Source: an uncultured Candidatus Binatia bacterium (GTDB lineage Bacteria; Desulfobacterota; Binatia; Bin18). From it: 64,000 nucleotides of DNA. Location of the stretch: positions 352,001 to 416,000 of the forward strand of contig OZ241744.1 of the NCBI GenBank assembly GCA_965200965.1. Direction: 5' to 3'. Made by a program: the position numbers and the translations under genes. Shown here piece after piece: positions 1 through 8,423 of this stretch. The notes beneath the pieces were generated by a model that ran no database searches, was not told the DNA's origin, and was given only the letters and a program-made list of their open reading frames with translations. Position 1 is the stretch's first letter; each line of letters begins with the position of its first letter.

Positions 1-2
1 CA

Positions 3-134
3 GACGACCCGGACAGCCGGGTTCACGTCCTGCGCACGGCCTGGGAGAATGTGAAGGGTCTGTTCCGTCTCAAGTTCGGCGGTGTAGAAAAGGCCCGCCG
101 GCAACTGCGCGCCGTCGGCAGGGCCCAGATGTGA
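3..134 (+). CDS. C-terminal fragment of a GT2 polyprenol-phosphate glycosyltransferase (5' part outside the window)
   Basis: Frame 3 reads DDPDSRVHVLRTAWENVKGLFRLK...AQM*, resembling the DDxDSRV tail of DPM/DPG-synthase-like GT2 enzymes. Its TGA overlaps the next GTG start. Confidence 0.6.
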   Translation, partial: DDPDSRVHVLRTAWENVKGLFRLKFGGVEKARRQLRAVGRAQM

Positions 135-1576
135 CCCTCTTCCATCAAGCACATCGTGATGTGCCGCTCTTGTGGCTGGGAGTCGGATCAGGCGTACTGT
201 ATGGCGTACTGACCCGGCTGAGCTACGCTTTCGTCTATGGGCAGGGGCATCTTGAGCGTCCCATTCTTCTCTTTGTGGCGGTCTACGCCGGCATATTTGT
301 CTGCTATTGCCTGGCTGTCTGTCTGCTGCTGAGTTGTCCCGGCCAGCAGGCAGCGGGCCGGACGGTCTGGCTGATCGTGGGCTTTGGGCTGCTCTTTCGC
401 GTAACCCTGTTCTTCTCTCAGCCGATTCAGGAGGACGACTTCTACCGCTATCTGTGGGATGGCGCGGTCGTTGCCGAGGGCCTGAATCCCTACCAGTTCG
501 CCCCGCTCAGCGTCCGGCAGCCGGCGGACCCGGCCGGGACATCCCTCCAAGCCTTTGTCCGGCTCGCCGAGCAAGATGCCCGGCTGGCGTTTGTGCTGGC
601 CCGGGTTAATCATCCCCATATTCCGACCATCTATCCGCCCCTGGCTCAGGTCGTCTTTGGCCTCACCGCCTGGGTAGCGCCCGGCAGTGTGAGCGCCCTG
701 CGGCTGGTCTTTCTGGCGTGTGATCTCGGTCTGTGCGGCGTGCTGCTGGTGTTGCTGCGGCATCTGGCGCTCAGCCCGCTGCTCTTGGTGGTGTACGCCT
801 GGTCCCCGCTGGTCATTAAAGAAACCATGAACTCAACCCACTATGATGTGGTGCCGACCTTCTGCCTGGTCCTGGCCGTGGCCCTGATGGTCAAGGGCCG
901 GGGCGTGCTGGCCCAGCTCAGCTTGGCCGCCGCGGCGCTGGCCAAGCTGTATCCCCTGCTGCTCGTGCCGGCCTTCTTCGCCCGCATGTGGAAAGTCCAC
1001 GGTCAGGCTCACGCCCTGCTTGGCCTGTCCGTAGCCGGGGCAGCCCTCATTGTCGGCTACGCCCCGTTTTGGCAGGTCGGCGGGGCGCTGTGGACAGGAA
1101 CCCGCACCTTTGTTGAGCAGTGGCAGGCCAATAGCCTGATCTTTCCCGGTCTTGTGGCGGCGATGGGTGAACGCTGGCTGGCAAACGGCCTGGTCCTTGC
1201 CGTGCTGGCCTGGGCCGTGCTCCTGCTCAGTACGCGGTCACAGATGGAGGACGATCGGCAGTTTGTGGGCGGCAGTGGGCTGCTCTTGGGCGTACTGTTC
1301 CTGCTCAGCCCGGTTGGCAATCCGTGGTACTTTGTCTGTCTGGTCCCCTTTCTGACCGTGTTTCCCCGCCGCTCGGGGCTGCTCCTGTCCGGTTTGCTGT
1401 GCCTGTATTATGTGTCATTCTACTACCGCTACCGGGGCCGGCTGGAGACTTGGCATATCTGGCTGGAATATGTCCCGTTCTATGGGCTGCTGGCCTGGGA
1501 ATGGTGGCGCGGGGAGTACGCCGCCGCCGGCAGGTGGAGACCAGCCCGAGACCCTGCAACGGAGCTCAGCGCCTAG
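131..1576 (+). CDS. Polytopic GT-C-fold glycosyltransferase (GT87/DUF2029-like)
   Basis: Many hydrophobic segments; motifs EDDFYRYLWDG, NPY, TIYPP, YAWSPL, H.D, K.YP and PWY. Confidence 0.75.
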   Translation: MTLFHQAHRDVPLLWLGVGSGVLYGVLTRLSYAFVYGQGHLERPILLFVAVYAGIFVCYCLAVCLLLSCPGQQAAGRTVWLIVGFGLLFRVTLFFSQPIQEDDFYRYLWDGAVVAEGLNPYQFAPLSVRQPADPAGTSLQAFVRLAEQDARLAFVLARVNHPHIPTIYPPLAQVVFGLTAWVAPGSVSALRLVFLACDLGLCGVLLVLLRHLALSPLLLVVYAWSPLVIKETMNSTHYDVVPTFCLVLAVALMVKGRGVLAQLSLAAAALAKLYPLLLVPAFFARMWKVHGQAHALLGLSVAGAALIVGYAPFWQVGGALWTGTRTFVEQWQANSLIFPGLVAAMGERWLANGLVLAVLAWAVLLLSTRSQMEDDRQFVGGSGLLLGVLFLLSPVGNPWYFVCLVPFLTVFPRRSGLLLSGLLCLYYVSFYYRYRGRLETWHIWLEYVPFYGLLAWEWWRGEYAAAGRWRPARDPATELSA

Positions 1577-1583
1577 GCTTTCC

Positions 1584-2261
1584 ATGGGACGGACTCTGCA
1601 TATCTTGGGGCCGGCCGGAGTGCTGGCCTGTCTTGTGCTCTGTGTTGCCGGCGGGAGCCGGGCGGCTGAGCCGCCGAACCGGACAAGCCCGCTGCGCGTT
1701 GGCGGGGAGCGGGTGCAGGTCTTTGGCTGGATTTTTCCCCAGCGCTTTAATGCCGCTCACGGACCTCAGGCCGGCTATCACTTCCTGGTGTGGCAGAACG
1801 GCACATCGCCCCACGCCCTGATCCACACCCCGGTTGATGCTCTCGACTTCCACGCCGCGCTGCTGCAGCTGGGCGCACAGCCGGGCCGGCGGCTGCCACT
1901 GGCCGCCTGGAGCGGCCGGCCTGAGCATCCGGCCTCGCACCAGACCGTGACCGGCAGCCGGCTCGCCATTCGGGTCTCCTGGCCGGACAATCCCGCCGGC
2001 ATTACGCTCGATCAGGTCTTCACCCGCGGGCCTCTCAGCCTGCGCTTTGGCGGCAACCGGGACCGCTGGTTCAACCGCATCCCTTTCGCCCCCCGTCCGG
2101 GCTGCCTGGTCTGCCTGTACAGCTGCCCGAGCGGTAAGGTGAGCAATGGGGCGCTGAGTATTGCCGACTACATGGGCAGCCCAGCACGATTCAGGGCCGA
2201 TAGCGGCCGGCTCCCGCCCGATGGCACGCCGGTTGTGGTCAGCTTTGCCCTCCAGTCCTGA
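1584..2261 (+). CDS. YdjY-like exported Cys-motif protein (possible Fe-S binding)
   Basis: ATG at 1584 followed by a signal-like N-terminus; motifs FHAALLQLGAQPG, VTGS, RFGGN and GCLVCLYSCPSGKVSN. Confidence 0.65.
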   Translation: MGRTLHILGPAGVLACLVLCVAGGSRAAEPPNRTSPLRVGGERVQVFGWIFPQRFNAAHGPQAGYHFLVWQNGTSPHALIHTPVDALDFHAALLQLGAQPGRRLPLAAWSGRPEHPASHQTVTGSRLAIRVSWPDNPAGITLDQVFTRGPLSLRFGGNRDRWFNRIPFAPRPGCLVCLYSCPSGKVSNGALSIADYMGSPARFRADSGRLPPDGTPVVVSFALQS

Positions 2262-2264
2262 GCC

Positions 2265-2966
2265 ATGCCCGACCCGTTCCCCCGCCTTGCGGTCATCATT
2301 CCGGCCCTCAATGAGGAGCGTGCCTTGCCGCGTGTGCTGGCCGACCTGCCGCGCGACAGGCTTGAAGAGATTGTGGTCGTTGACAACGGCTCATCGGACA
2401 GGACAGCCGCGGTCGCCCGCGCCGGCGGGGCAAACGTGTTGCGCGAGGCGCGCCGCGGCTATGGCTGGGCGTGCCTGGCCGGCATTGCCCACCTCAGGGC
2501 CAGCCAGCCGGACATTGTGGTCTTTGTGGACGCCGATTACAGCGACCATCCAGATGAACTGCCCACTCTTATCGCCCCGATTGTCTCGGGCGAGTACGAT
2601 ATGGTGATTGGCTCGCGTACCAGGGGCGGGGCACAGCCCGGTGCCCTGCTGCCGCACGCCCGTTTTGGCAATAGCCTGGCCACCTTGTTGATACGGCTGC
2701 TGTACGGCTTTCGGTATACCGACCTGGGGCCTTTTCGGGCACTCCGTTTTCGCTCCCTGCTCGAGCTGGGCATGATGGACCGCAGCTATGGCTGGACGGT
2801 TGAGATGCAGATCAAAGCCATTCAGCACGGACTGCGGATTACCGAGGTCCCGGTGCGCTACCGCCGGCGTATTGGCGTCTCAAAGGTCAGCGGCACGCTG
2901 AAAGGTACGCTGCTGGCCGGCTCTGCCATTCTGTGGACGGTGTTTCGCTACGCCTGGAGGCGCTGA
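2265..2966 (+). CDS. GT2 glycosyltransferase (DPM1-like)
   Basis: Motifs VIIPALNEE, VVDNGSSDRT, RGYG, DAD, VIGSR, TDLGPFRA, YGWTVEMQ. Confidence 0.9.
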   Translation: MPDPFPRLAVIIPALNEERALPRVLADLPRDRLEEIVVVDNGSSDRTAAVARAGGANVLREARRGYGWACLAGIAHLRASQPDIVVFVDADYSDHPDELPTLIAPIVSGEYDMVIGSRTRGGAQPGALLPHARFGNSLATLLIRLLYGFRYTDLGPFRALRFRSLLELGMMDRSYGWTVEMQIKAIQHGLRITEVPVRYRRRIGVSKVSGTLKGTLLAGSAILWTVFRYAWRR

Positions 2967-3283
2967 TGGCCGAGACGGAATGGAATCTGGGCTTTGCCTA
3001 TGCCGAGGTCGTGACCCGGCTGGAAAAAATGCTGGAGCGTCGGCAACTCGCCTATTGTCGCCAGACAAGCGATACTGAGGTCCGCTTTGAGGTCACACTG
3101 CCGCCCGGTCGGGGCCGGGCTGAGTTGGTCGCCCGTCCGCTCGCGGCCCCGGGCCGGCCGGCCCTGCTCCAGGCTGTCCGCCAGCGGACCCTGCTGAGCA
3201 TCCGCTTTGAGGAGCTTGAGCGGCAACAGCGGTACGCCTTTATGCAGGACCTGGGCCTGGCCTTTCTGCGGGTTGGGGGCTGA
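2966..3283 (+). CDS. Hypothetical protein (105 aa) ending in Gly-Gly
   Basis: TGATG overlaps with both neighbours; GGAGG upstream; ends AFLRVGG*. Confidence 0.7.
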   Translation: MAETEWNLGFAYAEVVTRLEKMLERRQLAYCRQTSDTEVRFEVTLPPGRGRAELVARPLAAPGRPALLQAVRQRTLLSIRFEELERQQRYAFMQDLGLAFLRVGG

Positions 3284-3960
3284 TGGACATCTCGGTCATC
3301 ATCCCCACCCTGAATGAGGCGACGACGATTGCCGCCACCCTGGGCCGTGTGCGCGACAGTGGGGCGTGTGAGCTCATTGTGGTTGACGGCGGCAGCGGTG
3401 ACGGCACCCCAGAGTTGGCCCGGCCTCAGGCCGACCTGGTGCTGTCGGCCGGCCGGGGACGGGCCAGACAGATGAATGTCGGGGCCAGGGCGGCGGGCGG
3501 TCAGGTGTTGCTGTTTCTGCATGCCGATACGCTGTTGCCGCCCGACTTTCCGGCGCTGCTTGAACACGCTCTGCGTGACCCCCAGGTCGTGGGCGGCCGC
3601 TTTGATATCCGGCTCGACGCCGAGGGCTGGCCGCTTCGGATGGTGGAGACGCTGGTGAATATCCGATCTCGGCTGTCGCGGATTGCGACCGGCGATCAGG
3701 CGATTTTTGTCCGCCGGCAGACCTTCCTGGAACTGGGCGGCTATCGTGAGATCGAGCTGATGGAAGACCTGGAGCTGAGCTATCGGCTCAAGCGGCGGGG
3801 CAAGCTGACCTGCCTGCGCGAGCGGGTTGTAACCTCGGCCCGACGCTGGCAGCGGGACGGTATTGCCCGGACCATCGTGCTGATGTGGGCACTGCGCCTG
3901 CTGTATTGGGTCGGCGTGCCGCCGAAGCATCTGAAGACGTTTTATGCCGATACGCGCTAA
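3283..3960 (+). CDS. TIGR04283-type GT2 transferase (rSAM/selenodomain- or arsenosugar-cluster-associated)
   Basis: Motifs SVIIPTLNEA, GRARQMN.GA, LLFLHADT, GDQAIFVRR, LMED.EL, VTSARRW. Confidence 0.85.
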   Translation: MDISVIIPTLNEATTIAATLGRVRDSGACELIVVDGGSGDGTPELARPQADLVLSAGRGRARQMNVGARAAGGQVLLFLHADTLLPPDFPALLEHALRDPQVVGGRFDIRLDAEGWPLRMVETLVNIRSRLSRIATGDQAIFVRRQTFLELGGYREIELMEDLELSYRLKRRGKLTCLRERVVTSARRWQRDGIARTIVLMWALRLLYWVGVPPKHLKTFYADTR

Positions 3961-4017
3961 GGACAGGGAAGGTCCCGGGCCGGCCGGAGGCAAACCGTGT
4001 CCACAGCCTCGGTCGGC

Positions 4018-4941
4018 CTACTCCAGGGAACCCTCGTAGAGAGCCATCACCGTGTCGAGAAACCTGAGCCCGTCCTCTTTTGAGCGTTGGAAGGAGTTGC
4101 GGCCAATAATCGAGCCAAACCCGCCGCCCTCACGGATGGCTCGGACTTCGCCAAAGAACTCCGCGTCGCCTTTGGCCGGGCCGCCCGAGAAGATTACAAT
4201 CCGCTTGCCGCTGAACGCACTCTGGACAACGTGGCGGATACGGTCGGCCAAGCTGTCAATTGGCACATGGTAGCGCTGGTAGGCTTTTTGCGCCTCGGCC
4301 AGCTCGATGTGGGCCGACGGCGGTTTGACCTTGATGATATGCGCCCCGAGCTGGGCCGCGATCTGGGCGGCGTAGGCCACAACGTCAACCGCGGTCTCGC
4401 CGGCTTTGCTGAGGTCGCTGCCGCGCGGATAGGACCACACCACAACGGCCAGCCCCTTGGATTTGGCCTCTTTGGTGATCTCGCGCAACTGCTCATACAT
4501 GGTTTGGGCCGCGGACGAGCCGGGGTAGATGGTAAAACCCACCGCGGCGCAACCCAGCCGCAGGGCGTCATCAACGCTGCTGGTCACCGCGGACAGGGGG
4601 TCTTTTTCGTCGTGTAGCACATCGTGGTTGTTGAGCTTGAGAATGGTGGGAATCCGATCCAGAAATCTGTCTGCGCCGGCTTCAATAAATCCGAGCGGGG
4701 CGGCGTAGGCGTTACAGCCGGCGTCGAGCGCGAGTTGAAAATGGTAGTCGGGATCATAACCGGCCGGATTGGGGGCAAAGCTGCGTGCCGGACCATGCTC
4801 AAAGCCCTGGTCAACCGGCAGGATGACGAGCCGGCCGCTGCCGGCTAAGCGGCCGCTGTTGAGCAGGCGGGCGATATTGGCACGGCTGCCTGGATTGTCA
4901 CCCGCATACCAACTGAGAATTTCACGAACACGTTCGGTCAT
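4018..4941 (-). CDS. fbaB: Class I fructose-bisphosphate aldolase (DhnA/FbaB type)
   Basis: Motifs ILPVDQGFEHGP, VVWSYPRG, GAHIIKVK, GSIIGRN; ATG at 4941 with RBS. Confidence 0.9.
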   Translation of the reverse strand: MTERVREILSWYAGDNPGSRANIARLLNSGRLAGSGRLVILPVDQGFEHGPARSFAPNPAGYDPDYHFQLALDAGCNAYAAPLGFIEAGADRFLDRIPTILKLNNHDVLHDEKDPLSAVTSSVDDALRLGCAAVGFTIYPGSSAAQTMYEQLREITKEAKSKGLAVVVWSYPRGSDLSKAGETAVDVVAYAAQIAAQLGAHIIKVKPPSAHIELAEAQKAYQRYHVPIDSLADRIRHVVQSAFSGKRIVIFSGGPAKGDAEFFGEVRAIREGGGFGSIIGRNSFQRSKEDGLRFLDTVMALYEGSLE

Positions 4942-5069
4942 ACGACTCCCTCCCGTATCTCCCCCGGCTGAGCAGGTGGGGATGCTGCGCGCGGGGGGTG
5001 TGTCATAGTGCGTTGCCATGAAAAAATTGAGCGGCCGTCTGGTGTGAGTGCGGCCGTGGGTCTCCTTGC

Positions 5070-6068
5070 TTACTGGTAAAACGACTCAGCGGTCTGCACA
5101 TCCTGGGTACTGCCGATGATCAGCGGCGTGCGTTGATGGAGGCTGTCGGGCACAATGTCGCGGATGTCCCGGCTGCCATCACTGGCCCGACCGCCGGCCT
5201 GTTCGGCCACAAGCCCGAGCGGGGCGGCTTCGTACATGAGCCGCAGCTTGCCCTTGGCGTTCTTGGGGTCGGCCGGGTACAGGAAGACGCCGCCTTTGAG
5301 CAGGGTGCGGTGAAAGTCGGCAACGAGGGAGCCGATATAGCGGCCCGAGTAGGGCCGCTTGGTGGCGCTGTCGCTCTCTTGCAGATAGTCGATATAGGCG
5401 CGGGTCTGGGGGAACCAGGTGTTGCGCCGGCCCTCGTTAATGCTGTAGGTTGAGCCGCGCTGGGGGATGCGGATATTTTCGTGAGAGAGCAGAAAGTCGC
5501 CAATGCCACGGTCGAGCGTGAAGCCGTGTACGCCCTGGCCGGTGGTGTAGACCAGGGTGGTGCTGGGGCCGTACAGGGCGTAGCCGGCCGCTATCTGGCT
5601 TCGACCGCGCAAATGCAGCGCTTCAATGAGATCGGTGCCTTTTTTGCCCTGGGGGCGGCGGTGGATCGAAAAGATAGAGCCGACGGTTACGTTGACATCC
5701 AGATTTGATGAGCCGTCGAGTGGATCAACAAAAATCACATATTTGCCCCTGTCCTCATTGCCCTGAATCGGGGCCGGCTGTTCCATTTCTTCGGACACGA
5801 CCTCGGATACGAGCTGACCGTTGGCAAAGGCGGCCAGAAAGGCGTCGTTGCTGATCTGGTCAAGCTTTTGCTGGACTTCCCCCTGGATATTGATCTCGCC
5901 AGAGGCACCCAAAATGTCTGCCAGACCGGCCCGGCCAAGCTCCCGGGCAATCGTTTTGGCCGCAAACGCGATTTGCGACAGCAGCATGGAGAACTCTCCG
6001 GTTGCGCCCGGATGCTCGCGCTGCTGCATCAGCAGATAACGGGTCAGTGTAATGCCGGTACTCTCCAT
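5070..6068 (-). CDS. fbp: Class 1 fructose-1,6-bisphosphatase
   Basis: Motifs GEVQQKLD, SEE, DPLDGSSN, RYIGSLVADFHRTL, GKLRLMYEA. Confidence 0.95.
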   Translation of the reverse strand: MESTGITLTRYLLMQQREHPGATGEFSMLLSQIAFAAKTIARELGRAGLADILGASGEINIQGEVQQKLDQISNDAFLAAFANGQLVSEVVSEEMEQPAPIQGNEDRGKYVIFVDPLDGSSNLDVNVTVGSIFSIHRRPQGKKGTDLIEALHLRGRSQIAAGYALYGPSTTLVYTTGQGVHGFTLDRGIGDFLLSHENIRIPQRGSTYSINEGRRNTWFPQTRAYIDYLQESDSATKRPYSGRYIGSLVADFHRTLLKGGVFLYPADPKNAKGKLRLMYEAAPLGLVAEQAGGRASDGSRDIRDIVPDSLHQRTPLIIGSTQDVQTAESFYQ

Positions 6069-6232
6069 CGTTGCACCCTCCCGAAAAACTCCCTCTTTCT
6101 CTTAGTGTACTATAGCCGGGCGCGTTGGTCCAAAGGGGGGAGATGAAAACCCCGATGCCGGGTGGGGCCAGTGATGGGGGAAGAGGGCGGCCGGGCCTCT
6201 TCCGGGCTGAAGTTCAGTTCTGGAGCCGGCGC

Positions 6233-7057
6233 TCAGGGCTTCAGGAATTGGCTCACAATGTCGGCCACCCGGTGGGGCTGTTCGAGCAGCAGGCCGTGCC
6301 CCGAGCCCGGAACTCTGAGCAGCTGAGCGCCGGCAATCCCGGTCTGAAAAAGCGGGCCAAGGGTGGGCGGGGCGAGCTTGTCCTGCTCAGCCCAAATGAT
6401 CTGGGTTGGCGCGGTGATCCGAAACAGCCGCTCTTTGAGCCGCGGGTTATACAGACAGGGCGGTTTCCAGCCCAGCCTGGCGGCGACCATCTGGGCTTTG
6501 TAGAACAGGAAGTTTGCCGCTGGAGACATGTCGTCGGGGATGGCTCCTCGTGCTAATTCGGAGTGTGGGTCTTGAAAGATCAAATCGCGCACTTCGTGCT
6601 GACCGCCCTCGGCTTTTGGCGTGACGGCATAAAAGAAATTGCCGATCCGCGCCTCGGGCGTCGAGACCCCGAGCGGGTTGATGAGCGCCAGCTTGCGCAG
6701 GCGGTGCGAGTAGCGGCTGGCAAACTCGGCAGCCACCCAGCCGCCTAAGGACGCGCCGACCAGATTGACCGTGCCAAGCCCCAGCGCATCCAGCACATCG
6801 AGGCAGAAAAAGACCGCGTCTTCGATGGTGTCAAGCTCGTCAAAGCCCTCGCTGTCGGCATAGCCGGGCAGGGCTGGTGCGTACACGGCAAACGCGGTGG
6901 CCAAGGCGTCGTGGAAGGCGGTGAAGCCGGTCGGCTCGGGCAGGCTGTGAATATCGGCAAGCACGCCGTGGAGATACACCAGGGGCGGACCGTCGCCGCC
7001 CTGTAAGAGTTGAATCGTACGACCACGGACACGAAGCGTCTCGATTGTCAAAGCCAT
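6233..7057 (-). CDS. Alpha/beta hydrolase
   Basis: YLHG oxyanion motif, GASLGG nucleophile elbow, C-terminal D and GH. Confidence 0.85.
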   Translation of the reverse strand: MALTIETLRVRGRTIQLLQGGDGPPLVYLHGVLADIHSLPEPTGFTAFHDALATAFAVYAPALPGYADSEGFDELDTIEDAVFFCLDVLDALGLGTVNLVGASLGGWVAAEFASRYSHRLRKLALINPLGVSTPEARIGNFFYAVTPKAEGGQHEVRDLIFQDPHSELARGAIPDDMSPAANFLFYKAQMVAARLGWKPPCLYNPRLKERLFRITAPTQIIWAEQDKLAPPTLGPLFQTGIAGAQLLRVPGSGHGLLLEQPHRVADIVSQFLKP

Positions 7058-7072
7058 GATATGTCTTTCCTG

Positions 7073-8302
7073 TCAGGCGTGGGCTTCGGGTTGAGTGTGG
7101 ACTCCGGGCAACCCGACAAACGCGGCATCGGCGTGTTTGCGGACATAGGGAAAGACATCCGTGGCCAGGAACTCCATGTTTTTGCGGGTCAGATGGTCGG
7201 GCAGGCTGCCGAACTGGGGCAGGGCGAGGATGTTCCCGACCTTGAACTCGAGCACATAGCGCAGCAGTTTTTCGCGCACGGTCTCCGGGCTGCCGATGAG
7301 GACCGAGCCGCCGGCCTCGACGTCGTCCCAGGTGGTGGCGTGGCCGAGTTGCCAGCGGGCATGACCGCCGCCGGGGTCGTTCAGTTTTTGCAGCCGCTCC
7401 AGTGATTGCAGCGAGGTATAGCCCGGCGGCATCCATGTCCGCCCCTTGCCGGCAAACCCCTTGAGGAGTTTGTCAATAAAATACCAGATATGCTCCTCGG
7501 CCTCCTCGCGCGCTTTTTGCTCGGTCTCGGCCACATACATGGGTACCAGCCAGCCCAGCATTTCCGGGTGGTAGGGATGTTTGCCGACCCGCTCAACCGT
7601 CTGCTGGAAGAAGGCGGCGTTCTGGCGGAACGATTCAACGTGGGAATAGGTCAGGGCGGCATAGGTGAAACCGCGCTCGGCAACCAGTTCCATGGTTTCT
7701 ACGCTGCCCACGCCGGGAATCCAGATGGGCGGGTGGGGTTGCTGGACCGGGCGTGGCCACACATTGCAGTACTGGAGCTGAAAATGCTTGCCGTCCCAGC
7801 TGAAGGGGCCCGGGTCGGTCCAGGCTTTGACAATCAGGTCGGTGGCTTCTCGAAAACGCTCCCGGGCATAGGTCGGGTTGATATTGTAGGAATAGTATTC
7901 CGGGCCGCCGCCAACCACAAACCCGGCGTCAAACCGACCCCGGAACATATTATCCAGCATGGCAAACTCTTCGGCGACTTTGAGCGGCACTTCGTGCAGC
8001 GGCAGCCCGTTGCCCAGGACCATCACCCGGGCGGTCTGTACCCGCTGGGACAGGGCCGCGGCGATCAGATTGGGCGAGGGCATAATACCGTAGGCGTTCT
8101 GGTGGTGTTCGTTGATGACCACCCCGTCAAAGCCGAGTTCGTCCGCATAGGCCAGCTGGTCAATGTACTGATGGTAGACCTGCGGGCCACGCTCGGGGTC
8201 AAACAGGCCATTTGAGCAGGTCACCCAGGCCGTGTCGTAGTGGTCCTCAAAGTTGTCTGGCAGGTGTGGCCAGGGCATCAGATGGAACATCCAGAATTTC
8301 AT
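7073..8302 (-). CDS. LLM-class flavin-dependent oxidoreductase (luciferase-like)
   Basis: Motifs ADELGFD...NEHH, MPSPN, AEEFAMLD, WPRPVQQPHPPIW, GSPETV. Confidence 0.9.
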   Translation of the reverse strand: MKFWMFHLMPWPHLPDNFEDHYDTAWVTCSNGLFDPERGPQVYHQYIDQLAYADELGFDGVVINEHHQNAYGIMPSPNLIAAALSQRVQTARVMVLGNGLPLHEVPLKVAEEFAMLDNMFRGRFDAGFVVGGGPEYYSYNINPTYARERFREATDLIVKAWTDPGPFSWDGKHFQLQYCNVWPRPVQQPHPPIWIPGVGSVETMELVAERGFTYAALTYSHVESFRQNAAFFQQTVERVGKHPYHPEMLGWLVPMYVAETEQKAREEAEEHIWYFIDKLLKGFAGKGRTWMPPGYTSLQSLERLQKLNDPGGGHARWQLGHATTWDDVEAGGSVLIGSPETVREKLLRYVLEFKVGNILALPQFGSLPDHLTRKNMEFLATDVFPYVRKHADAAFVGLPGVHTQPEAHA

Positions 8303-8356
8303 CGCGCCTCCTCAGTGAACGAGCGTTCAGCGGTGGTCTACCACAGCCACCCGGCC

Positions 8357-8385
8357 TTGCAAAGGGCTGGCTCCTTAGATAAAAT
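8357..8385 (+). promoter_or_regulatory. Sigma70-type promoter for the ArnT/PMT-like gene
   Basis: TTGCAA-N17-TAAAAT, about 40 nt upstream of ATG 8424. Confidence 0.5.
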
Positions 8386-8423
8386 CTCTTGCGTAAGACC
8401 CGCCTGAAAAAAAGCCCCGTAGG

